From assembly GCA_963796105.1 (NCBI GenBank), contig CAWCKJ010000003.1, positions 416,001 to 480,000 of the forward strand: a stretch of DNA of 64,000 bases, given 5' to 3'. Position 1 is the stretch's first letter; every line of letters begins with the position of its first letter. Origin of the DNA: a candidate division FCPU426 bacterium. Its GTDB lineage: Bacteria; Oederibacteriota; Muellerivitia; Muellerivitales; Muellerivitaceae. Below are positions 9,420 to 17,597 of the stretch, piece after piece. Position numbers and translations under genes: made by a program. The notes beneath the pieces were generated by a model, which saw nothing but the letters and a program-made list of their open reading frames with translations, did not search any database and was not told the origin of the DNA.

Positions 9420-11589
9420 TCGGGCCTACCTTCTCACCATTTATATGGATGTCCGAAAGCTGCAAAAACTGTAACTGATTTATTTTCCCAACAGCAAAAT
9501 TAGCAGCCACTTGGGTTGGAGTAATTATAACCAATTCATTTTTTCCATAATATACACGAGTTGATATCTCTTTTAAACCTGTTCCTACTGAATTCACACC
9601 CGTTTTTACCACTTCTCCCGCTTCTTGGAATATATAAGGGACATATGTCAAATGGGAACGATAATTTATAATAATAATAGCGTCCCCATTAAGGTTTTTA
9701 TCAAAATGAGCATTTAGCACTTGATCTGGGTTCAAATGGTTAAATCCCATTACCGGAACATTACCAGCTTCCGGATAACCCGTATTATTGGCAGAATCAG
9801 TCGGGTTAACATTTTTCTGCTGAGCATTAGCGGTATTGGATACTAATTCCATGGATTCAAGCATTTTCTTGAGATTTTCCTGAGCCAAAGTTGTAAGTTT
9901 TTTCCGTTCTTGCTCAAGTAATGATTGTTGTTGTCGGCGAATGTTGATAAGTTTAGCCGAGTCTTTAATTGATCCCTCATTTACAGAGGATAATATTTCA
10001 ATTGTTTGAACGGGGGTTGAACCAATATGTTCTAATTGATCTTGGACTTGAAAAGCCCAAGTATAAACACCCGGCGGTAAGGGTTGATACTCATCATCTT
10101 CACCACTCCAAAGCAATTTAGTTGTAGGTGATCCAACCCCTCTTAAACCCCTCACCAAATGGTTGTTTTTATCATAAATTAATACGCTCCAACGATTAAC
10201 TGTAACATCCTCAGTTGTATCTAAATGAAATTCCGCTTTTTCACCTTGAGCAGGAAAAAATGAGGCCGGTTGAACATAAGCTCCTACTTTAGGTGGCGGC
10301 AACTCCTCTCCTCCGCCAAAGCGATAAGCCATTCCAATATAAAAATTCTCAAAATTTATACCACCCGTGTCATATGAACCAATAGCTGATCCCGCTGTTA
10401 CACTCGCAGAAGGAGAAACTGGCAAAAGATAAGCCGCATCTGTTTGAAAATCTCCGTTGAAAGCTCTTAAGCTTAATCCTAATGAAAAAATTCCGGGACG
10501 ACTTAAAGGCGTTGAATAACCCCCACGTACGGCCATAACGTCCCTAAAAAACCAGAATTCTGTTCCGAAACGAAGATATTTATTATCGGAATCCGAAAAT
10601 CTCGGATCAGAAATTTGGTCAAAATCAATTGCAGTAATATTTCGTATTTTAAATAAGTAAGCATTTTTATACGCAAATCCTAATGTGATTTCTGGCGGAA
10701 TGTTAGCTTGATATCCTGGTCCCACATTAAAAGTAATGGGGGTAGCACCAGGAGGAATGTACAAGATATTAGAACCCGCAGTTAGGCCATTTGGATATTG
10801 CGCCAAACCCACTAAATCGTTCAAAGCTAAACCAATTCTAAATTCCTCTGAATATTTAGTTATTGGAATTCTATAAAGGATACCAACATCCACTCCAAAT
10901 CCGGTAACTTGAGTCGCATTATTAAGTGCCTTTGCCAAACTAGGGTCATTTCCAAAATATCGTATGTAATAAGGATCGTTTGTAATTCTTTTTATATTAA
11001 CTCCAACCGAAAAATTCCTAACAGCAGAAAAACGAGCCGCATAAGAAAGAAGAATTTCACTTTGTTGAAAACTCGGATTTTGAAGATAACTAAATTGCGA
11101 CGATGTCGGTTGATCTAAAAAATTATTTCCAATATATAAATTGCGTTGATCGTGAAAGGGCCGGAAAAGAGATATCCCTAATGTATTTTCTTTTGCAAGT
11201 GGAGCAATAAATTGGAAGGAAGCGTACCATGGAAATCCAAATCCAGGCTTTCCATTAACCTTGTCCATGAAATAATCGGGAGCACTTGAGATTGATAATT
11301 CGTAAGATGAAAGCTGAGCCAAACCAGCAACATTCCAATAAGCTGCTGATGCATCATCCGAAATTGCGACAAATGCCCCACCCATTCCAATAGCCCTGGG
11401 ACCAATTCCTGAGGTTTCCTTCCATCCGAAAATAGGGTTGATCGTTTGAGAATAAGCAACATTTGCAAATAAAATAATAAATAAAAAACCAATTAATAAA
11501 TTAAGATTTCGTTTATGCGCATTCGAGTACCGAATAATTCTTTTATTTAATTTTTGCACCTTTATCATCACCCTTCTTGTTTTACCCAA
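9409..11589 (-). CDS. PorV/UPF0164-like outer-membrane beta-barrel protein with FlgD-Ig-like domain, coiled coil and unknown C-terminal domain
   Basis: GIGPRAIGMGGAFVAISDDASAAYWNVAGL; barrel ends at FYIGMAYRFGG. Then WSVLIYDKNNHLVRGL...WSGEDDEYQPLPPGVYTW (FlgD-Ig-like) and a QQQSLLEQERKK coil. The true start may be a few codons downstream. Confidence 0.72.
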   Translation of the reverse strand: MGKTRRVMIKVQKLNKRIIRYSNAHKRNLNLLIGFLFIILFANVAYSQTINPIFGWKETSGIGPRAIGMGGAFVAISDDASAAYWNVAGLAQLSSYELSISSAPDYFMDKVNGKPGFGFPWYASFQFIAPLAKENTLGISLFRPFHDQRNLYIGNNFLDQPTSSQFSYLQNPSFQQSEILLSYAARFSAVRNFSVGVNIKRITNDPYYIRYFGNDPSLAKALNNATQVTGFGVDVGILYRIPITKYSEEFRIGLALNDLVGLAQYPNGLTAGSNILYIPPGATPITFNVGPGYQANIPPEITLGFAYKNAYLFKIRNITAIDFDQISDPRFSDSDNKYLRFGTEFWFFRDVMAVRGGYSTPLSRPGIFSLGLSLRAFNGDFQTDAAYLLPVSPSASVTAGSAIGSYDTGGINFENFYIGMAYRFGGGEELPPPKVGAYVQPASFFPAQGEKAEFHLDTTEDVTVNRWSVLIYDKNNHLVRGLRGVGSPTTKLLWSGEDDEYQPLPPGVYTWAFQVQDQLEHIGSTPVQTIEILSSVNEGSIKDSAKLINIRRQQQSLLEQERKKLTTLAQENLKKMLESMELVSNTANAQQKNVNPTDSANNTGYPEAGNVPVMGFNHLNPDQVLNAHFDKNLNGDAIIIINYRSHLTYVPYIFQEAGEVVKTGVNSVGTGLKEISTRVYYGKNELVIITPTQVAANFAVGKINQLQFLQLSDIHINGEKVGPNGY

Positions 11590-11620
11590 ATCATATTGAA
11601 TAAAACGATTATTTTATATT

Positions 11621-11920
11621 TTATTTCACTTTTTCGCCAGTATCTGTTTTGTAAATCGCCACCAAAATTTCCGCAACAATTTGATATAGGTTAGATGGTA
11701 TATCTTGGTTTATGTTTAGTTTATCGAGCATATCGACAAGTAACCTGTCTTCTAAAACAGGAACTCCATTTTTTTTTGCGATATTTATTAATCTTTCCGC
11801 AATCATCCCTTTCCCTTTTGCAATAATGCGTGGTGCAGGCATTGTTTTCTTATCATACCTAAGTGCGATAGCAGTTTTACGAAGAATTCTCTTTCGCGGC
11901 AAAGATTCCGGAGGGCTCAA
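11621..11920 (-). CDS. FlhB C-terminal-domain-like protein (EscU/YscU/HrcU family, YlqH/FlhX-like)
   Basis: AIALRYD..APRIIAKGKGMIAERLINIAKKNGVPV.ED..L...IPSNLYQIVAEIL. Confidence 0.88.
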   Translation of the reverse strand: MSPPESLPRKRILRKTAIALRYDKKTMPAPRIIAKGKGMIAERLINIAKKNGVPVLEDRLLVDMLDKLNINQDIPSNLYQIVAEILVAIYKTDTGEKVK

Positions 11921-12075
11921 ACCTCATCCAATCCATTTCAGTAGTGGCCCTACAGGGACACTTATTCCCGCTTCAAAACAATGGTTATACTCATAAATTA
12001 AAAAACAGTTTATCTTATAAATTTTACTCTAAACGCATTTTATATCTCATTGTTTAACCCTTTTCCATTTTAGAA

Positions 12076-12240
12076 GTGAAACATCTCCACGGGCGTAAAG
12101 GTCGGGGCTTCGGGCCGTGGTGGGATCTAAAAACAAGAGCAAATCAAAGTTCCTCACCTGCGGACCGCCTAAACCCGTCAGCCCTCCGAGCTGCCATTCA
12201 TCCCTAGGTTTAAAAGCCTGGGGATTAACTGGCGATTTTT
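12076..12240 (-). mobile_element. Putative non-autonomous IS200/IS605-family miniature element (both ends, no transposase or TnpB)
   Basis: GC-rich island in an AT-rich spacer. Left-end-like hairpin ATCCCCAGGCTT-TT-AAACCTAGGGAT followed by GAATGGC (12193-12233). Right-end-like GAAGCCCCGACCTTTACGCCCGTGGAGATGTTTCAC ending in TCAC at 12076. Confidence 0.55.
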
Positions 12241-12293
12241 AATAGACTAACTTTATTTATCATGAATTGACAAAATAAGGTTTTACTTTAAGC

Positions 12294-12911
12294 TCAATTC
12301 GGCGTTGTAAAATTTCTTCCCCTTAAATTTAAAATCAGTTGTATCTCCGCCAAACTCAATTTTGTTATTTTCGCAATTTCGTTTAATTCGTAATCATCAT
12401 CAACCAAACGATAAATTTCTTTTACAATTGATGAAGAAAAACTTACCATTTCCTCGCCTTGTATGAATTGCGGTTTTTTAAAACCTTTTTTCGGTACATT
12501 TATAATTTCATTTGTCCCACGGGTATTTTTTTTAATACCATTGTCCGTATTATTCGATCCTTTAAACATCGCAGTATTATCAGGCAATAGACATTTTAAA
12601 TCATTAGTTGATTTATTAATTTTGGAGTGCAAAATTTTCATATTGTGAATATTTATTTCTAGTTCTTCTTTTTTTTTATCCGCAGATTCAACTTGAGCTC
12701 GAACTTCATCTGTAACTTTTTTTCCAACTTCTTTCATAATTAATAATAATTCTTGAAGATTATTTTTCATTTCTTGGATCTGAATATCATTAATCAAATC
12801 AATATCCTCTTTTTTGCGAGAGATTAAACTAGTGGAATAATGAAACAAAAAAAGAATAGAAAACAGTAAAACTGTGTCAAATAAAACTTGAGTAATTATA
12901 AAAATTACCAC
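12294..12911 (-). CDS. Membrane-anchored coiled-coil protein with C-terminal HTH-like motif (DUF2802/SwrB-like position)
   Basis: N-terminal TM, a coiled coil, and C-terminal IYRLVDDDYELNEIAKITKLSLAEIQLILNL. It closes the fliA-fapA block. Confidence 0.55.
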   Translation of the reverse strand: MVIFIITQVLFDTVLLFSILFLFHYSTSLISRKKEDIDLINDIQIQEMKNNLQELLLIMKEVGKKVTDEVRAQVESADKKKEELEINIHNMKILHSKINKSTNDLKCLLPDNTAMFKGSNNTDNGIKKNTRGTNEIINVPKKGFKKPQFIQGEEMVSFSSSIVKEIYRLVDDDYELNEIAKITKLSLAEIQLILNLRGRNFTTPN

Positions 12912-12912
12912 T

Positions 12913-13233
12913 TTAAACCTTTATGTCGATGTGGTTTTTACTACTTTTTACAAAATTCGATTCCTCATTCTTAATGTTCTTATCCCCTTCGTAATAACCT
13001 TCTTCGCCATTAAATTGTTGATGACTCGATTGATCTTCGTCCTGAATCAGACTCAGATGGTTTGAATTTGATTTTTCCGATTCTTGAACTTGTTCCCTTA
13101 TTTTTCTTAAGTGCTCCATCGATTCCAATTGCGTTAAAATTTGTTTTCTGTTTTGTTCCGATTGAAAAACCACCTGCATTTTAGCTAGCGCATCCCCCTG
13201 CATTTTTAAATAATTACCATCTAAACCGTACAT
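12913..13233 (-). CDS. Hypothetical protein (flagellar operon)
   Basis: 106-aa ORF tightly packed between fapA and the next gene, with RBS GAGGG; ends in HIDIKV. Confidence 0.6.
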   Translation of the reverse strand: MYGLDGNYLKMQGDALAKMQVVFQSEQNRKQILTQLESMEHLRKIREQVQESEKSNSNHLSLIQDEDQSSHQQFNGEEGYYEGDKNIKNEESNFVKSSKNHIDIKV

Positions 13234-13240
13234 TTTTCCC

Positions 13241-14932
13241 TCAATTTCCTCTAAAAGGCCCGACTTTTATTTCCCCATCTGATTCAGTAAGTGTGCAATA
13301 TTTCAACTCCTCCGTTATTTGACGAGAAGATCTATTGATCGTAATTTTAACACCCGTATGAATTATTCCCATGCAAGTCACTTTTGCTCTTTTTCTTCTA
13401 TCTTCAGCCGCATCCTGATCACGTTTTTCCAATTCTTGTTTTTTTTCTGTTAGAGTTTTAGTATCAGCAATTAATTTAAATTGAGCCCTCGTCAATTTTG
13501 TAAAAAGTTCCTTTTTATCCGGGGGCAAATTACCGCCCATTTTATTTTGTAAATCTTTTAAAAACTGGACACCTTTTCGGGTCTTATCAAGATTTTCTAT
13601 GGAGTTTTTTAATTCAGTCTCGATTTTATGCAATTCATCTCTCAATCCAATTGCTTCACCAACAATAACTTCTGTTGGGGTTGCGAAATTGGATCCCATT
13701 GATGCTGCGTTAACCTCGTATCCAGCAATTACCTGTCCACCGACAATAACGCCTTTTCTTCCAGCCACGGTTATTTTCCCGCCTACGGTTATTTTGCTGT
13801 GCATAATAGCTTGAGAGCAATTGAGGTTACCAGCAGCCTCAACTGTTGCATTACGAATGTATTTAATAATCGCATCACCCTGACAAGTTATTTTCGCCTT
13901 GTCATTTCCACTTACACCACCAGCAATTGTCAATTTTCCACCGCTTTTAATTTCCGCACCTTCTACTACACCATTAACAATTACATCTTCTCCCGCATAA
14001 AGTTTAAATCCATCTTTCACATCACCACGAACAATAACAGTTCCTATAAAATCGATGTTACCAGTAGACAAATTGATGTCTCCCGGAATTTCAAACAACG
14101 CCATTACTGATATTTTATTGTCTTTAACTATTACCTGCCCATCTGCATCAGCAATAAACTCATCTTTGTTTTCAGGGTTTAGAACAACACCCTTAGCGGC
14201 AATTATTTCTATATCTTTGCCATCTTTAGCCTCTATTGGCTTCCCAGTTACAGTCATTCCGTGAGTACCTTTAGTAGGTGGGATTTTACGAGCCAATAAA
14301 GTACCTTTAGTTATATTATCGATCTTATGAACTGCACGATAATCCACTCTTCCGTCTTCAGTCTCCTCAAGAACAGGAACTTGGGTTTCCTCTTCCACCT
14401 TCTTTTTGTAAAGATATTCAACTCGAGCATCTTCCCCATTGTTCACGGGTGTACCAAAAGCAATTTCCATTTCTACTGGTTCAATAAAATTTTTCAATTC
14501 AGCTAATTTTATTAATTTTTCAGATAATTCACTCACACGAGTTTCATCAAGGCCATAAATAACATTTCTGTTCTTCAAAGTTTCACGGACTTCTTCTATA
14601 GTTGAAAAATGTCCATTTTCACCTTGTGGCGGAACTATTGTTACCTTAGCAAGCATTTCATCATCACTGATCTCAACAAAAATCTGTTCCTGACCGTCGA
14701 TTAACGCGAATTTATTTTGGGCGATTTTTTGAGCGCGACCCGCCGCTTGAGAAATAATTTGATTTAATAAATTTGGGTTGTTAATTTCCACTTTGAATTT
14801 TGCCAATTCTTTTTTGACATCCTCTAGAACAACCCTATTTCCTTTTCCAGTGGGAGGAAACACCGTCAAATAAATACCATCGTTTTCTTTGGTAACAGTT
14901 ATGTAGCCATTTATATCTTTAGTTCCGACCAT
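13241..14932 (-). CDS. fapA: FapA family (DUF342) flagellar assembly protein
   Basis: GRVDYR, GTLLARKIPPTKGTHGMTVTG, GDINLSTGNIDFIGTVIVRGDV, GVIVGG. Confidence 0.88.
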   Translation of the reverse strand: MVGTKDINGYITVTKENDGIYLTVFPPTGKGNRVVLEDVKKELAKFKVEINNPNLLNQIISQAAGRAQKIAQNKFALIDGQEQIFVEISDDEMLAKVTIVPPQGENGHFSTIEEVRETLKNRNVIYGLDETRVSELSEKLIKLAELKNFIEPVEMEIAFGTPVNNGEDARVEYLYKKKVEEETQVPVLEETEDGRVDYRAVHKIDNITKGTLLARKIPPTKGTHGMTVTGKPIEAKDGKDIEIIAAKGVVLNPENKDEFIADADGQVIVKDNKISVMALFEIPGDINLSTGNIDFIGTVIVRGDVKDGFKLYAGEDVIVNGVVEGAEIKSGGKLTIAGGVSGNDKAKITCQGDAIIKYIRNATVEAAGNLNCSQAIMHSKITVGGKITVAGRKGVIVGGQVIAGYEVNAASMGSNFATPTEVIVGEAIGLRDELHKIETELKNSIENLDKTRKGVQFLKDLQNKMGGNLPPDKKELFTKLTRAQFKLIADTKTLTEKKQELEKRDQDAAEDRRKRAKVTCMGIIHTGVKITINRSSRQITEELKYCTLTESDGEIKVGPFRGN

Positions 14933-15725
14933 GTTTCCTCCTCTCACCCACTAATTCCTGTAACCGATAAACAGCCATATTATGAATCTGGCAAATACGA
15001 GATTCACTAACTTTCAAAATCTTTCCAATTTGCTTAAAAGTTAAATTTTCAACATAATATAAATGTAAAACATTTTGTTCAGACTCTTTAAGCAGAAGTA
15101 AAGCTTTCGCAACTCGATCAATTTTCTCTTGTTTTTCAACTTTATCAAGAGGATTTTCAACCCCATTATCCGACAATAAATCGGCTAAAGTATCACCTTC
15201 TAGACCATTTTCAACATACGCTACGTCCAACGAAAGAAGGTTAAGCATATTGATTTCTGCAATCCAATCATAAAGATCTCCAAGACAAATTCCTAAATAT
15301 TTAGCAATTTCTTCTTCACGGGGTAATCTTCCAAATTTACCTTGTAATTTTTTTTCAGCTTCCTTTATTGCCCTTCCTTGCTTTCGTAAATTCCTTCTTG
15401 CAAAATCAAGGTTCCGTAGTTCATCTATCATTTGGCCCCGAATACGATATCGAGCATATGATTCAAAAGCAATTTCCGGATTTAACACTTTTTCTTTAGG
15501 CGGAATAAAACGATCAATAGCCTGCAAAAGACCAATTACACCAGCAGAAACTAAATCTTCTTTCTTTTCTAAGTAAGCATTCAATGGTAACCTTGATAAT
15601 AATCTTCTGCTTTCGCCATCAACTAAAAAATAATACTCCAATGCTATTTTGTCACGAACAGCTAAATCCTTCTTGTTTTTTAAAAATCTTAGCCACAGTG
15701 AATGTGATTTCCCTCCAGTGTTCAT
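14919..15725 (-). CDS. fliA: RNA polymerase sigma-28 factor FliA/WhiG
   Basis: DLVSAGVIGLLQAIDRF, FESYARYRIRGQMIDELRNLD, LTFKQIGKILKVSESRICQIH. Confidence 0.93.
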   Translation of the reverse strand: MNTGGKSHSLWLRFLKNKKDLAVRDKIALEYYFLVDGESRRLLSRLPLNAYLEKKEDLVSAGVIGLLQAIDRFIPPKEKVLNPEIAFESYARYRIRGQMIDELRNLDFARRNLRKQGRAIKEAEKKLQGKFGRLPREEEIAKYLGICLGDLYDWIAEINMLNLLSLDVAYVENGLEGDTLADLLSDNGVENPLDKVEKQEKIDRVAKALLLLKESEQNVLHLYYVENLTFKQIGKILKVSESRICQIHNMAVYRLQELVGERRKHGRN

Positions 15726-15740
15726 TTACCTTAACGGTGT

Positions 15741-16148
15741 TTACTTATCAGGGGAAAATTCAGGGAAAGTAAAATCAATTGTTTTACCTTTATCATTATT
15801 GTCGTCAGAAGTATTTTCTTGACCTGATCTAGTTTCTTGCTGTTCCGTTTTGAACCTCATATCAATTGAAACATCCTTTAACAAGTTTTCACGATTTAAT
15901 AAATTTATAAAATAACGAAGAAAAAACCATAATATAACCACTCCCAAAAGAAAACCCGCAAAAGAAGCGCCTAAAAATGCTAATACTAAACTATCCATAG
16001 GCACCCCCTGGTAAGCTCCAATCATTGTTATAATTAAAAAACCAAATGCCGAACCAATTGAACCAGAAACCATATACATTCTAACTAAACTGGATGGTTT
16101 CTCTTTGGTGATTTCATAGTATTGTTTATTTTTGGGCCTGTCAGACAT
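15741..16148 (-). CDS. Hypothetical two-TM membrane protein
   Basis: Two hydrophobic helices and an acidic tail ending KGKTIDFTFPEFSPDK; RBS AGAGGAG. Confidence 0.65.
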   Translation of the reverse strand: MSDRPKNKQYYEITKEKPSSLVRMYMVSGSIGSAFGFLIITMIGAYQGVPMDSLVLAFLGASFAGFLLGVVILWFFLRYFINLLNRENLLKDVSIDMRFKTEQQETRSGQENTSDDNNDKGKTIDFTFPEFSPDK

Positions 16149-16397
16149 AACAACTCCTCTAATTCATTTTTTAAACATTTTTATTTTTTTCAACATCAAT
16201 TATCAAACTTGCTTTGACTCACTTTTTGTTATACCCATTTTCATCATACCAGTTAAGTGAATTTTAAGGCATGAAGAAAATCTTTATAATCGTTAAAAAA
16301 TAAATAAATTAAAATATAAAATAAATTTCACAAGATTCACTCCAATAAACCAATCCGAAACTTCTCAGGAACCGCCAGAAATAAATCACTTTAGAAT

Positions 16398-17597
16398 TTA
16401 ACTTAATAGTGACCTTACAATCCTTTCTGATAATGTATTTACTTCAGCAATCTCAAGATCATCAGGAACGTTTTGTCCTGTTGCGTAATAAGACAATGGA
16501 ATTTGAAAATTATTCATCAAATTCAAAAAAGCTCCATAATATCGCGTTTCGTCCAATTTCGTAAAAATCATTCTATTGATTGGGACTGCAAGACCAAAAC
16601 ATTCTATGATTCTTATCATGTCATAGTATTTAGTAGTTGAAGACAGAACAAGGTGAATTTCATCGGGCTGACTTTTTGTTATAAATAACTTTAATTCATC
16701 TAATTGTTCGTTATTGGAAGGACTACGCCCAGCAGTATCAAGCAAAACCAAATCCACACCTTTATGCCGTTCAATTATTCCCTCAATCTCGTCGGAAGAA
16801 TTCGCTACCTCAACAGGTATTCCCATAATCCTCCCATATGTTTTTAATTGTTCAGTTGCAGCAATTCTGTATGTATCTGAAGTAATTAAAGTAACTTTTT
16901 TCCTATTTACCAAACTAAATTTCGCCGCAAGTTTAGCTAAGGTGGTTGTTTTCCCAACGCCGGTGGGGCCAACAAAAGCAATAACTTTTTGAAACCCATT
17001 GAAAGTTAAAGGACTTGCCACCTTTATTAAATTTGATACAAATCGTTGCAACCAAAATTGAACTTCCTCATTTTTTTCAACATTAATTTTTTCATTTATC
17101 ATCCCACGAACAATTCTTTGAATTAGGAACTCCTCAATTTCTTGTTTTACCATTTTTTTCTTAAACCTTGCCAACCCTTCGGCGATTATTAGATTTGTAT
17201 CATTCGGGGTATATTCTTTCATTACAGTTGGCACGGTTGAAGTTTTCATTTCATTAAGTTCCCGCTGTAATGCTTTCACTTTAGTTCTATTCGGATCTAA
17301 ATTTTCTATTACTAGCGTAGAATCTCTACTCAGCATGTTATGTCTTGAAATTTGATGATCTTTTTTTTCAATAGGTATTTGAAGTGATAGAGAGGTATTT
17401 TTTCTCTTAGCAAAATCATCTAATAAATTCAAATCTAACCCGGCAGTTATTTCCGCCATATGTTTACCAAAAAGACCTAAAACACCCCCTTTGCGAAAAG
17501 TTTTAGTATATAAGATCACAGCTTCTGGGCCCAAGTCCTTTTTCACTTTCACTAAAGCTTCTTGAATAGTTGGCGCTTCATACCTTTTTATTCTCAT
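16398..17597 (-). CDS. flhF: SRP-family GTPase FlhF
   Basis: MRIKRYEAPTIQEALVKVKKDLGPEAVIL, GPTGVGKTTTLAKLAA, DTYRIAA, DTAGRS, TKLDE, GQNVPDDL. Confidence 0.95.
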   Translation of the reverse strand: MRIKRYEAPTIQEALVKVKKDLGPEAVILYTKTFRKGGVLGLFGKHMAEITAGLDLNLLDDFAKRKNTSLSLQIPIEKKDHQISRHNMLSRDSTLVIENLDPNRTKVKALQRELNEMKTSTVPTVMKEYTPNDTNLIIAEGLARFKKKMVKQEIEEFLIQRIVRGMINEKINVEKNEEVQFWLQRFVSNLIKVASPLTFNGFQKVIAFVGPTGVGKTTTLAKLAAKFSLVNRKKVTLITSDTYRIAATEQLKTYGRIMGIPVEVANSSDEIEGIIERHKGVDLVLLDTAGRSPSNNEQLDELKLFITKSQPDEIHLVLSSTTKYYDMIRIIECFGLAVPINRMIFTKLDETRYYGAFLNLMNNFQIPLSYYATGQNVPDDLEIAEVNTLSERIVRSLLS

